Shown: in pieces, positions 50,619 to 64,000 of the stretch
Position numbering within the stretch: position 1 is the stretch's first letter
Layout: each line of letters starts with the position of its first letter
NCBI GenBank assembly: GCA_051294375.1
Contig: CM119269.1
Coordinates: 18,340,471 to 18,404,470, forward strand
Length of the DNA: 64,000 nucleotides
Source of the DNA: Paraspadella gotoi
Taxonomy: Eukaryota; Animalia; Chaetognatha
Reading direction: 5' to 3'
The notes under the pieces: model-generated
Told to the model about the DNA's origin: nothing
Database searches by the model: none
The model's input: only the letters and a program-made list of their open reading frames with translations
Made by a program: the position numbers and the translations under genes

Positions 50619-51353
50619 GCCTCATAGATAAAAAACTGTTAGGTAAATTGCGACCATTAAAACCGCAATTTCGTTATTTTCATTATAAATCTAATTCCCA
50701 CCTTTAATCAACGGAGGATTCACACTACCAAACGTAAATGGCATTTTCTCTCGTTTCAACAATTCGATAATCCTGTTCCTTCAAAGCGGAACGAGAATGA
50801 CTCCGGGCAGGACGAAGTCATCGAGATTCATAGATTGATGAGCGTCATAAAAAATGAAATAAAAAAAATTATCCCGGAACTTTGAATCCTGACGCGCATA
50901 AATACCAAGATCGAAGGAGATTCTCTATTCCCCACATCTGTGGTTCTTTATTCTCCTTTTTCTCCCGCTTTTCTTTTTTTCGCTTTTTCTGAGTATCTGT
51001 TTATAATTTCCTCTATTCCCCACATCTGTGGTCTTTCTTCGCTCTTCTTCCTCTTTTCTCTTTTCTTTATTCCCCACATCTGTGGTTCTTTCTTCTCTTT
51101 TTCCCCTTTTCTCCTTTATTTGTTGCACCTTTCCCCTTTCCGTAAACTAAGGCTTCTAAAAGATTCCCTGCACACAACCAAACACCTCCGCCTTCTACCC
51201 ACCATTGGTCGACGTCAACGAGAGAAATAATGAAGACGCGACAACACTAACATTAACAACGAAAATTAGTTCTGTCCAGAGTCAGCGTGATTATCTGATG
51301 CGAGATGGAAATCGGGGATGGGAGATGAGAGAGAAAGAGAGAGAGAGAGAAGA

Positions 51354-51400
<47 letters not shown>

Positions 51401-53082
51401 TTAGAGGAGAGAGAAAAGGAGATTAAGGGCTAGGAATTAGAAGAGGATACTGATATAGATTACTGGAAGGGCAGATTTGTGGGTACAGAAGAAAGGGATC
51501 CCGGATTGAGGTGAAGTCCTAAGAGAAAAAAAAGAGAAAAGAAAGAACTTTTGAACTTTTAACAATTAACCTGAGAAGTAGAAGGGGTTTTTTTTTTTTT
51601 GGTTTATTAGGGGTGGTTTAGGGAGGGCGGGTGGGTTTTTTGTTTTTTGTTTTGGTTTTTTTTTGGGGTTTTGGGGGGTGGGTTTTAAAATAGCAGCCGC
51701 ACATTGATGCATGTGTAGAAAGACGGAGAGAGAGAGAGAGAGAGAAGGGAGAGGAGAAGAGAGAGAGAGAGAGAGAGAGGAAGAGAGAGAGAGAGAGGAG
51801 ACGGATATGGAAGTTGAATCTGGCGGAAAAATGAAAAATGGGCAACATTTTCTGTGGGAAAAGGCGGAAAAGTGGGGAGGGATTCGAGAGGGAGGCGAGA
51901 GGGGGTCCGAGGGAAAAGCGATTCTCGAGGGGCGCTTTCCGAGGGAGGCGGCGCCCAACCGGCGCCGGCCCGGAGTCGGCGTCGAGCAGATTCCACTGAC
52001 GGTCGGAACGGGACGGGCGCGCTCCATGGTCTTTTCTTACGCGCCCGCCGAGCCGGAAGTAAACAACGGCGAAACGTTTTGGCCGCCGGCCATTTTTCAT
52101 CGACGCCGCGAGCTGAACGCTTCCGCCCTACAACGCTCTAATCGCTCTCCATCTCCCTTCGTTCTCAAGCCTCGCTCTGGGCCCTCGACCTTATACTTCT
52201 TCCTCTCTCCTCTCCGCCCCTTCCCCGCCAGCCCCCATCGATTCCCACCCCTTCCGCTCCATCTGCCAAATTTCGCCCCAGNNNNNNNNNNNNNNNNNNN
52301 NNNNNNGGTCGAGTGGCCAGAGCGAGGCTGAGAACGAAGGGAAGATGGAGAGCGATAGAGGGCGTTGTAGGGCGGAAGCGTTCAGCTCCCGGCGTCGATG
52401 AAAAATGGCGGCGGCCAAAAACGTTTCGCCGTTTGTTTACTCGCGGCGTCGGCGGGCGCTGGTCAGCCATGGAGCGGCGCCGTCCGTTCCGACGTCAGTG
52501 GAATCTGCTCGACGCCGCTCCGGGCCGGCGCCGGTTTGGGCGCCGCCTCCCTCGGAAAGCGCCCCCTCGGAATCGCTTTTCCCTCGACCCCCTCTCGCTC
52601 CCTCTCGATCCCTCCCCACTTTTCCGCCTTTTCCCAAGAAAATGTTGCACCATTTTTCATTTTCCGCCAGATTCAACTTCCATATCCGTCTCTCTCTCTC
52701 TCTCTCTCTCTCTCTCGAGAGAGAGAGATTAGAGGAGAGAGAAAAGGAGATCTAAGTGCTGGATTAGAAAGAGGATACTGATTAGATTACTGAAGGGCAC
52801 GATTTTGGGTACAGAGGAAAGGGATCCGGATTGAGGTGAGTCCTAAGAGAGAAAAAAAGAGAAAAGAAAGAACTTTTGAACTTTTAACAATTAACCTGAG
52901 AAGTAGAAGGGGTTTTTTTTTTTTTGGTTTATTAGGGGTGGTTTAGGGAGGGCGGGTGGGTTTTTTGTTTTTTGTTTTGGTTTTTTTTTGGGGTTTTGGG
53001 GGGTGGGTTTTAAATAGCAGCCGCACTTGCATGCATGTGTAGAAAGACGGAGAGAGAGAGAGAGAGAGAAGGAGAAGAGGAG

Positions 53083-53121
<39 letters not shown>

Positions 53122-54262
53122 CGAGAGAGAGGACGGATATGGAAGTTGAATCTGGGCGGAAAAATGAAAATGGGGCAACATTTTCTGTGGAAAGGCGAGA
53201 AAAGTGGGGAGGGATTCGAGAGGGAGCGAGAGGGGTCCGAGGGAAAAGCGAATTCTCGAGGGGCGCTTTCCGAGGGAGGCGACGCCAACCGGCGCCGACC
53301 CGGAGTCGGCGTCGAGCAGATTCCACTGACGGTCGGAACGGACGGGCGCCGCTCCATGGTTCTTGACCGCGCCCGCCGAGGACCGCGAAGTAAACAACGG
53401 CGAAACGTTTTTGGCCGCCGCCATTTTTCATCGACAGCTTGCGCGAGGCTGAACGCTTCCGCCCTACAACGCCTCTATCGCTCTCCATCTTCCCTTCGTT
53501 CTCAGCCTCGCTCTGGCCACTCGACCCTTATACTTTCTTCCTCTCTCCTCTCCGCCCCTTCGCCCGCCAGCCCCCCAATCGATTCCCCCTTCCCTCCAAC
53601 TGCCAAATTTCCCCCAGGAATCCAAGTTTTTCTCTGTCGAGTGATTTCCGGCCAAAATTCCTTTTACCTGATATAAACAGATTCACCGAACGGACGTCGT
53701 TTTCCGCGACAAATAACCCGCGCAATGTTCTCGGCCGCCGGAGGTTTGCGAAACGGCCGGGGGTGGTGCCGGTCGCCGGACGGCCGGAAAATATTCCGGT
53801 AAGGGTGAGGTGGGAATTGTGCATCAGCGAGAAGAGTTGTCGGAACGTGAAAGAAAGAAATTTCCTAGCCGTTGCTGAGGAGATTTAACAACAAATCAAT
53901 CATACAATCATCAATTCCATTAAACAAGTCTAATTCAAACAATCCAATCATCAAATCAATTAATCAATCAATCACAATCAATCAGATCAATCAATCAGTC
54001 TCTCAAACAATACAATCAATACAATCATTCAATATCAATCAAAATCAATCATTTCTTTTATGCCTTAAATTTTTCCTCCTCCTCCTGGTCGGCTCAACTC
54101 ACTTTCTCTCGGTTCGCTCTTTCTCTCTTTCATTCTTCCTTCCTTCCTACGCTCTTGCTTCCTTCTTTCCTTTCTTCCTTTCCTTTCGCTTTCTTCTCGT
54201 TCCTCTCTCTTCCTTCCTCGCCTCTCTTACCCTTCTGNNNNNNNNNNNNNNNNNNNNNNNNN

Positions 54263-54297
<35 letters not shown>

Positions 54298-55733
54298 TCC
54301 CCCATCCGATTTCCCATCTCGATCAGATAATCACGTGACTCTGGACAGAACTAATTTTCGTTGTTATAGTTGTTGTTGTTGTCATCGTCATTCATATTTC
54401 TCTCGCTGACGTCGACCAATGGCGGGTAGAGGGCGGAGGGGTTTGGTTGTGTGCAGGGGGATCTTTTGAAGCCTTTGAGGTTTTACGGGAAAGGGGAGAA
54501 GGTGAGACAAATAAAGAGAAAAGGGGAAAAAGAGGAAGAAAGAACCACAGATGTGGGGAATAAAGAAAAAGAGAAAAGAGGGAAGAAGAGGAAGAAAAAA
54601 CCACAGATGTGGGGTATAGAGAATCTGGTATTTATGCGGCGTCAGGATTCAAAGTCTCCGGGGATAATATTTTTTTATTTTCATTTTTTATGACGTCATC
54701 ATCTATTGAATCTCGATGACTCTCGTCCTGCCCGAGTCTCCGTTTCGCTTTGAAGGAACAGGATATCGAATGTTGAAACGAGAGAAATACCATTACGTTT
54801 TTGTTAGTGGTGAATCTCGTGATTAAAGTTTGAATTAGATTTATAAATGAAATAACGAAAGGGGTTTTTAATGGTCGGCAATTTACCTAAAGTTTTTTAT
54901 CTATGAGGCTTTCTCTCTCATTGAGGACGGGGTTTTATGCTTATTAAGGGGAGGAGCGAAAAGAGTTGGGAGAGAGAGAGAGAAGAGAGAAGAGAGAGAG
55001 AGGTAGGAGAGAGGAGAGAGAGAGAAGAGAGAGAGAAAGCCTCATAGATAAAAAACTTTAGGTAAATTGCGACCATTAAAACCGCTTTCGTTATTTCATT
55101 ATAAATCTAATTCAACTTTAATCACGAGGATTCACACTACCAAAACGTAATGGATTTTCTCTCGTTTCAACATTCGATAATCCTGTTCCTTCAAGCGGAA
55201 CGGAGACTCCGGGCAGGACGAAGTCATCGAGATTCATAGATGATGAGCGTCATAAAAAATGAAATAAAAAAATATTATCCCGGAACTTTGAATCCTGACG
55301 CCGCATAAATACCAAGATCGAAGGAGATTCTCTATTCCCACATCTGTGGTTCTTTATTCTCCTTTTTCTCCCCTTTTCTTTTTTTCGCTTTTTCTAGTAT
55401 CTGTTTATAATTTCCTCTTTCCCCACATCTGTGGTCTTTCTTCGCTCTTCTTCCTCTTTTCTCTTTTCTTTATTCCCCACATCTGTGGTTCTTTCTTCTC
55501 TTTTTCCCCTTTTCTCCTTTATTTGTCTCACCTTTCTCCCTTTCCGTAAACTCAAGGCTTCAAAAGATCCCTGCACACAACCAACCCCTCCGCCTCTACC
55601 ACCATTGGTCGACGTCAACGAGAGAAATATGAATGACGCGACAACAACAACAATATAACAACGAAAATTAGTTCTGTCCAGAGTCAGCGTGATTATCTGA
55701 TGCGAGATGGAAATCGGATGGGGAGAGAGAGAA

Positions 55734-55798
<65 letters not shown>

Positions 55799-58700
55799 GA
55801 GAGAAAAAGGAGATTAAGTGCTGGATTAGAAGAGGGATACTGATATACTGATTACTGAAGGGCAGATTTTGGGTACAGAAGGAAAGGGATCCGGATTGAG
55901 GTGAAGTCCTAAGAGAGAAAAAAAGAGAAAAGAAAGAACTTTTGAACTTTTAACAATTAACCTGAGAAGTAGAAGGGGTTTTTTTTTTTTTGGTTTATTA
56001 GGGGTGGTTTAGGGAGGGCGGGTGGGTTTTTTGTTTTTTGTTTTGGTTTTTTTTTGGGGTTTTGGGGGGTGGGTTTTAAAATAGCAGCCGCACATTGATG
56101 CATGTGTAGAAAGACGGAGAGAGAGAGAGAGAGAGAAGGGAGAGGAGAAGAGAGAGAGAGAGAGAGAGAGGAAGAGAGAGAGAGAGAGGAGACGGATATG
56201 GAAGTTGAATCTGGCGGAAAAATGAAAAATGGGCAACATTTTCTGTGGGAAAAGGCGGAAAAGTGGGGAGGGATTCGAGAGGGAGGCGAGAGGGGGTCCG
56301 AGGGAAAAGCGATTCTCGAGGGGCGCTTTCCGAGGGAGGCGGCGCCCAACCGGCGCCGGCCCGGAGTCGGCGTCGAGCAGATTCCACTGACGGTCGGAAC
56401 GGGACGGGCGCGCTCCATGGTCTTTTCTTACGCGCCCGCCGAGCCGGAAGTAAACAACGGCGAAACGTTTTGGCCGCCGGCCATTTTTCATCGACGCCGC
56501 GAGCTGAACGCTTCCGCCCTACAACGCTCTAATCGCTCTCCATCTCCCTTCGTTCTCAAGCCTCGCTCTGGGCCCTCGACCTTATACTTCTTCCTCTCTC
56601 CTCTCCGCCCCTTCCCCGCCAGCCCCCATCGATTCCCACCCCTTCCGCTCCATCTGCCAAATTTCGCCCCAGGAATCCAAGTTTTTCTCTGGTCGAGTGA
56701 TTTCCCAAATCCTTTTACCTGATATAAACAGATTCACCGAACGGACTCGTTTTCCGCGACAAATACCCGCGCAATTTCTCGGCCGCCGGAGGGTTGTGCG
56801 AACGGCCGGGGGTGGTCGCCGGACGCCGGACGGCCGGAATATTCCGGTAAGAGGTGAGGTGGGGAATTGTGCGATCACGAGATAGGTTGTCGGAACGTGA
56901 AGAGAAAGAATTTCCTAGCCGTTGCTGAGAGATTTAAAACAATCAATCATACAATCATCATCCATTAAACAATCTAATTCAAACAATCCAATCAATCAAA
57001 GTCAAATTAATCAATCAATCACAATCAATCAGTCAATCAATCAGATCAATCAATCAATCATCAAATCAATCAATCAACATTTCTTTATGCCTTAAAATTT
57101 TTCTTCCCTCTCCTGGTCCTCAATCCTTTCTCTCGGTTCGCTCTTTCTCTCTTTCATTTCTTCCTTCCTTCCTTAGCTCTTGCTTCCTTCTTTCCTTTCT
57201 TCCTTTCCTTCCTTTCTCGCTCGCCTCTCTTTCCTTCCTCGCCTCTCTTACCCTTCTGNNNNNNNNNNNNNNNNNNNNNNNNNAAAAAAAATCACTAAAA
57301 TATGTTGACAATTTTTATCGCTAAACTCCCAACACACATCGACTTGAAGAAAACACCGAAGAAAAAAAAATCCTTTAAAAAAAAAATAATTCAAATTCTC
57401 TAAATATTTTTTATCATTTGTTTTTGGCGGGAAATCTCGACATCTGCGATCGTTTCCCTCTGCGGCAAAAGTTCGTTGCCCATAAAAACCGTCGTTGACT
57501 CTCGCACCATAAACACCATAACTCGAATCCCCCCCCCATTTGCCTCCCCCCTCCGCCACACAACCCGGAGGGCGAATCACGATTCGTTCTCACGAATAAA
57601 ATCTCCGACTTTCCTTTTAATTCTTTTCAATTATTTCCTGAATAACTGATAAGTTTGTGACGCCAATGACTGAGCCGTCGCCATGCAGTCGCGCCACCTT
57701 TTTTTTTTTGCCATCAGCAAAGGGTCGCGCTAACTTTTTTGCCATTTCGTCGGCACAATCAGTCTTTGCCATCAGTCGATGCCACCTTTTTTTTGCCATT
57801 TCCCATTGAGGTCTTTTCCGATGCCACCCTTGACGTCTTCAACGAAGCCACCGACGCCGCCGTCGTTGTCGTCGTCCAAGCGATTCTCTATGTCTCTAAA
57901 AATTGTATGAATTTGAATCTTGTTAATCATGACTTAATGAAATATGTTGAAATATGCAAAAAAAAAACCATTAACGGTGAAGATGCCATTGGCAACGCCT
58001 TTTTACTGCCAAAGCCGTCGACGCCGCTGCTGCCGACGCCGCTTCCGCCGCCGCCGACGACGACAATGACGACGACGACAATGACGACGACGACAATGAC
58101 GACGACGACAATGACGACGACGACAATGAGGACGACGCTCTTTGTTTTTCGGTTAATGAGGCGAAGTCGAAGGCAGGAGTCCGCGTCGCATCTGAGCGCC
58201 GATGCTCTGTTCGATACAGTATTCAGATTCAGGTGGTTCTTCCAATGCCCGACTCAATAACGAAATCATTTCTGCCCGTAATCGACCAATAAATAGTACA
58301 CCAAATTTAGTTAATATTACAAGTTATATTCAACGATTTAAACTTTAGCCAGTGAAGCAATGAATAAATTTTTCAACTTCTATTAAACCGTTTCCGGCTA
58401 TTGATAAACGATCAGTTACGTCCGACGATTTTCAACAGTATCGAATTTCGTTGTCTCTACCCAAAATCGCCCAAGTCAAACATCCTTTCAATACATACTT
58501 TGCTTCACCCTACTCCCCCATCGCTATCGTCAGCGCCCTACCCTGATGCTGCGCTCAATGCCGTCCCTAATGCCGCAACCAATGCCGCGCCCTCCCATTC
58601 GATGCTTCAACGAGCGATCAACAAAGGAAGAGATCTTCAGTCTTCCTTCAGGCTTCGCGCTGGAACGATTTCCTTATTTATTGTCATACTCGCTCTTCCT

Positions 58701-60620
58701 CTCTGTCTCGCGATGTCTATCTTATTGGGCCTCTCTCTCTCTCTCTCCCTTTTTCTCCCTCTTTGTTTTTTTCTTCTTCGGAAACTTTGTCACGTCGTTT
58801 CACGCGCATCGTACCGTGCGTCTTTTGCGTTACGCCTCCTTCTCCTCCTCTTCCTCCTTTCTTCTCCTCCTCCTCCTCTTCCTCCTTCCTCCCTCCCTCA
58901 TCTTTCTTTTTTCCTCTTTCACTCCTTCCGCGTTTTTTTCTCGGTTCAAGGGATTTTTTCCTTCTTCTGCTCCATTTTCTTCGGGTTCTTCGTCTTCGTC
59001 GCTTCATATTTTTTTCTTCTTATTTCTTCTTCTTCTTTTTCTTCATCGTGCTCTTCATTTTCTTCCTGTTTTTTTTTTCATCTTTTCATTTTTCATTATT
59101 GCCGTCAACGTTTCTCCTTATTCTTCTTCTTTTATTTCCTCTTATTCTCCTCTTCTTGTTCTTTTTTTTTATCTTTTTCTTCTGTTCGTCTTTCTCCTGA
59201 TCTTCCTTCCCATTTTTTGACTTCATCTCTCTCCTTTTCCTTTTTCTCACTTCTAAATCTTTAATGTCTTTTTGTTCTCCTTTAATCTTCTTTAGCGTCG
59301 ACTGAAATGACGTCTTAATTTTATTTTATATTTCCAGTTCTCTCAGCCCTAACCTTTAACCCCTTTTCCTCATTTAAATTTACAAGTAATATATTCATTA
59401 TATTACTCGTGTTCAACTTTAAGATTCCTTTCCTCCATTTTTCTTACCTTCATCGTCATCTTCTCCATTATATTCTTCCCTATCAACGAATTCATCACTT
59501 TCCTCTTTTCCTTGTTATCCTTTCAACTTCTCCTTTCCGACTCATCAATCATCGTAATTGTTCTTCATTTCATCTTTCTGTTCTTCATTTCATCTTCTAT
59601 GTTCTTTATTTTGTCGTCTTTCCTTCGTTCATCTTCTTCTCGCTTTTTTCCTCCGTTCTTGTTAATATTGTTTTTTTCCTTTCCTCCCTCCTCCTCCTCC
59701 TCCTCCTCCTCCTCCTCTTCCCAACCCAGAGTCTCATCTCTGGATCTCTCTCCTCCTTCGAGAATCTTGAACGCGTCAACAGTCACCGCTGTTTCGCCTT
59801 ACTCACACCTCACTGTGCTCCTTGCTGATTTTTATCACAACTCATTGCCACATCTATTTTGACGTACTCGTACAATGTTTAATAACATTTGTCATACAAT
59901 TAGATTCTTTCTTCAGTAGTCTTGAGAAAATCTCTAATCACGACCAAAAACCGCCCGACGATCAGCAACAACTAAAACAACAGTTACAACTGTTACTTTG
60001 ATAACCCTTTAAATAATAATAACGTTATCATAAACAACCTTCTATCGCCCGCTTTAACTTGCGTTTTAAAAACATTTTTTTTGGCGTCTCGAATAACGCG
60101 TGTCGGAGAGAATCCGATTTCTTTATTTTTAATTTTTAAAGTCGTAATCTGAAATATTTTTAGGGAAAAAAAACTTCAAAAAATTGTTTTGTTACAAATA
60201 TTTCCGTATTCAACTTAAACTTCAAATTTATTTGTCATAAGATTTTTTTGGAACGTCAAACTATATTTTTTTTTCTTTTGTGAAAATGTACGTAAATAAA
60301 TAAAAGTTGTCCAGTAGTCGAAGACTTTCTAGCAAAGTTAACTGATTTACTTTCTTATATGCCATAAATTTTCTGGTGTCAAAGATTCAAATTTGTTCTA
60401 CTTCATTTTCCTTTTGTTTAAATTTTTTTTGCTCCGAACGTTTTTTGTTTACGTGTTCTTCTCTGCCAGTCGCGCGCTCAGTTGTTATTTTCTAATCTCT
60501 CTTCTCTTCTCTCTCTCTCTCTCTCTTCTCTGCGTCTCTACGCTCTCTCTCTCTCTCTCTCTCTATCTAGTCTCTCATGTCTCCTCTCATCCCTACTCTC
60601 TCTCTCTGCTCTCTCTCCCT

Positions 60621-60652
<32 letters not shown>

Positions 60653-62168
60653 TCTCTCTTCTCTCTCTCTTCTACTCTCTCTCTTCTCCTCTCTCTCTCT
60701 CTCTCTCTCTGACTCTCTAATTTCTTGCATCTCTCATTTTGGCTCCGGTTTATTAGCAGCTAATATCTTTTCTTTTGTGCGTCACGTGTTTATTCCCTTT
60801 CCTGAAGTCACAGCTATTTCTTTTCCTCCTGTTCGCTCTACTCTCGTCTCTCTCTCTCTCTCGTCTCTCCTCTCTACTCTCTTTCTCTCTCTCTCTCTCT
60901 ACTCTCTTTCAAATTTCCTCCTCGGTCAATTTATTCCAACATTAGGTTGCGTTCTATCTTTCTCCCGCAGATTCCTATACTTCCTCCATTAACTTGTTTC
61001 CTTTTTTTTTTTTGCTCTAATTTCTTTCTTTTTCTCCCCGTTTTATTTTTGTTCTTTTTCCCTTTCTTCTTCTTTTAATTGTCTTTCTTTATTTGTTTCA
61101 AATTTCCGTTTGCCTTCCGTTTTTTGTTTTTTTGTTTTTTTGTTTTTCTTTCGACTGTCGGTTTTTTTTTNNNNNNNNNNNNNNNNNNNNNNNNNNNNNN
61201 NNNNNNNNNNNNNNNNNNNNNNNNNNNNNNNNNNNNNNNNNNNNNNNNNNNNNNNNNNNNNNNNNNNNNNNNNNNNNNNNNNNNNNNNNNNNNNNNNNNN
61301 NNNNNNNNNNNNNNNNNNNNNNNNNNNNNNNNNNNNNNNNNNNNNNNNNNNNNNNNNNNNNNNNNNNTCTCTCTCTCTCTCTCTCCCTCTCTCTTTCTCT
61401 GTTTCCCTTATTTGTCTTTCTCCTTTCCCTTTCTCTTTCAGCCCAAAAATTTTTTTCGTCTGATTTTGACCTTTTGAAAAAATTCCGAGTCACGATTTTT
61501 CTTTCTTTTTCGTCCCCAAGATGTCGCAAGATTTTGGACTCGGACAGACAAGTATCATTTTTTCGGTGACGGTTCTTCAATATATATCAACACTCTATAT
61601 CGATCAAGCTATTTATTTTAATTACTCAAGATCAATTTTTTTTAAACTATTGATTTCATCTTTCATAGTCTCTTCCTTTATCTCTCTCTTTCTTTCTTTC
61701 GTTCACATTCTCCAGTAAAGATTCTCTTTTGTTAGATTGATTCGCGTCAAATCTCATTTGTTTCGCTTGGCTGTATCGCGCTGTATAAAATGCTCTACGC
61801 AATTCCACGATCTATCTCAGGGACTTTACTTTAATCAAAATACAGCCCGACTCCAATAAACCAACGATTTATTGTTAATCGATTCTCTTTCTACGCTTTT
61901 TTCCCATTTTTTTTTAATTTATATTTTTTCTCGTATTTTATACTTTTCGCGTTTGATGACTTTTTTTCCTTTTCCCTTTTCCCTTTTCTTTTTTATTCTT
62001 TTTTATTCCATTTTATTCTTTTTTATTCTTTTTTATTCTTTTTGTTTTATCGTTTTATCAATTTATTCTTTCCCTTTTTCCCTCGCGTCTCGTCAATCCT
62101 TCGCACAAAATGGTTGTTTCATTTTCGCTACTTTCTTTGACTTTTACCGTTGCCTTCCCCTCTTTTTA

Positions 62169-62202
<34 letters not shown>

Positions 62203-63063
62203 NNNNNNNNNNNNNNNNNNNNNNNNNNNNNNNNNNNNNNNNNNNNNNNNNNNNNNNNNNNNNNNNNNNNNNNNNNNNNNNNNNNNNNNNNNNNNNNNNN
62301 NNNNNNNNNNNNNNNNNNNNNNNNNNNNNNNNNNNNNNNNNNNNNNNNNNNNNNNNNNNNNNNNNNNNNNNNNNNNNNNNNNNNNNNNNNNGGAATCTTT
62401 TTAGTTGCGCCGCGAGTACTCGCAGAGCAACTCTATTAGTAACTTTTCGGTCTGTCTGTCTGTCTGTCTGTCGGTATGTCTGTCCGTCGGTCTGTCCCAC
62501 TTACGTTAAAAATGCATATAATTCGCTCATTTGTTAAGACAGAAACAAGTTTTAGCAAACAATGTCGGATCTGCGGATCTGCGCAACACATTGGAATCAC
62601 TGTTCTTGTTTTTGTCCTTGTTAGCTTTTTCGCCTTATTTTACTTTATTTTCTATTTCCTATAAGGCTATATTTGTTTAATTTTTTAAACAGGTATACAA
62701 TTTTGTCATCACTTTTTTTATATTCTTTTTTTTTTTCTATTTTACGATCCCTATCCAATTTTTTTTCATTTCTCCATCCATTTCTGTCGATTTTTTTCGC
62801 ATCTCCGCCTCAGAAATAGTCGCTTCATTACAGAAGATTTATGACTCGAAATCGTAGATCGCGTGACACGAGCGTCTCAAGAGTGCGTCACGGTTGCGTC
62901 ACGCACGTATTACGAACGCGTCTTGAGCTATGCATTCGTAATGCAGAAATTTCATCATCTCCCGAGAAACATGATCTTACCGGCCAACCGTTCCGCCATT
63001 TCTCATCCTATCCTCTCTGATTACGAAAAATGTTTTGCTAATTTTTAAAGTTTCCTTTCATTA
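44430..63063. repeat. ~6-kb inverted duplication (44430-50500 versus 57284-63063) enclosing nested partial copies of segment D
   Basis: e.g. gacgcaacgtgacgcactcttgagacgctcgtgtcacgcg (44596) versus cgcgtgacacgagcgtctcaagagtgcgtcac (62860). 51566-52281 appears identical to 55957-56672, with matching ORF translations. Confidence 0.9.
58056..58136 (+). repeat. 15-bp tandem repeat (ATGACGACGACGACA)n
   Basis: Directly visible; it gives the MTTTT repeat in ORF 57739..58260. Confidence 0.9.
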
Positions 63064-63168
63064 ACAGGAGGAAAAAAAACAACCGAAAATGGGAAAAGAA
63101 AAAAGTGTGTAAGAACTTAACCGAATGACGAACTGGAGGGACGGGAGAGGGAGAGGGAGAGAGTAGAG

Positions 63169-63218
<50 letters not shown>

Positions 63219-63910
63219 AGAGAGAGAAAGCTCGTTAATGAAAGGAAACTTTAAAAATTAGCAAAACATTTTTCGTAATCAGAGAGGATAGGATGAGAAA
63301 TGGCGGAACGGTTGGCCGGTAAGATCATGTTTCTCGGGAGAATGATGAAATTTCTGCATTACGAATGCATAGCTCAAGACGCGTTCGTAATACGTGCGTG
63401 ACGCAACCGTGACGCACTCTTGAAGACGCTCGTGTCACGCGATCTACGATTTCGAGTCATAAATCTTCTGTAATGAAGCGACTATTTCTGAGGGCGGAGA
63501 TGCGAAAAAATCGACAGAAATGGATGGAGAAATGAAAAAAATTGGATAGGGATCGTAAATAGAAAAAAAAAAAGAATATAAAAAAAGTGATGACAAAATT
63601 GTATTACCTGTTTAAAAAATTAAACAAATATAGCCTTATAGGAAATAGAAATAAAGTAAAATAAGGCGAAAAAGCTAACAAGGACAAAACAAGAACAGTG
63701 ATTCCAAATGTGTTGCGCAGATGCGCAGATCGACAGTTGTTTGCTAAAACTTGTTTCTGGTTTAACAAATGAGCGAATTAATATGCATTTTTAACGTAAG
63801 TGGGACAGACCGACGGACAGACATACCGACAGACAGACAGACAGACAGACCGAAAAGTTACTAATAGAGTTGCTCTGCGAGTACTCGCGGCGCACTAAAA
63901 AAGATTCCTG
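62392..63910. repeat. Fold-back: 62392-63063 inverted against about 63233-63910
   Basis: ctaatttttaaagtttcctttcattaac (63039) versus gttaatgaaaggaaactttaaaaattag (63234). The arms match out to the gap at 62391. Confidence 0.9.
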
Positions 63911-63956
63911 AGTGGTTGTGAAGAAGTCGGTAAAAACATAAAGAAAAAGGACGAAT

Positions 63957-64000
<44 letters not shown>

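Noticed and set aside
1-64000. Long Ser/Leu/Phe- or Arg/Glu-rich ORFs (e.g. 19755..20666, 58401..59264, 46135..46914) and ORFs spanning N-gaps
   Set aside because: These are translations of GA/CT microsatellites, purine tracts or Ns. The frames are not conserved between duplicate copies.

Overview
Eukaryotic draft-assembly window, probably from an invertebrate, rich in (GA)n/(CT)n microsatellites and N-gaps. About 80% of it is non-coding, low-complexity DNA present in several direct and inverted copies. Many orientation flips fall at 25-N gaps, so much of this duplication is probably a gap-filling or chimeric-read artefact. Almost all ORFs in the supplied track are spurious. The exception is a single-copy, higher-complexity island at about 31.0-41.8 kb. 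Hand translation across frameshifts shows it is a Polinton/Maverick (adintovirus-like) endogenous virus. Its minus-strand module runs A32-like packaging ATPase > PW-like basic protein > unknown ORF > retroviral-like integrase with chromodomain > minor capsid > PZ-like protein > major capsid. It also has a divergent plus-strand gene with an integrase-type zinc-binding motif, and an ETS/CRE/CCAAT repeat block at the probable terminus. Short AT-rich GT-AG introns interrupt conserved motifs of the core virion genes, including the ATPase Walker A, so the ORF track misses these genes. No pPolB, protease or second terminus was found. A 303-bp TG...CA element with an internal tRNA-like Pol III promoter lies at 15164-15466. 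All protein assignments come from motif recognition by eye, not database searches, and gene boundaries are approximate.
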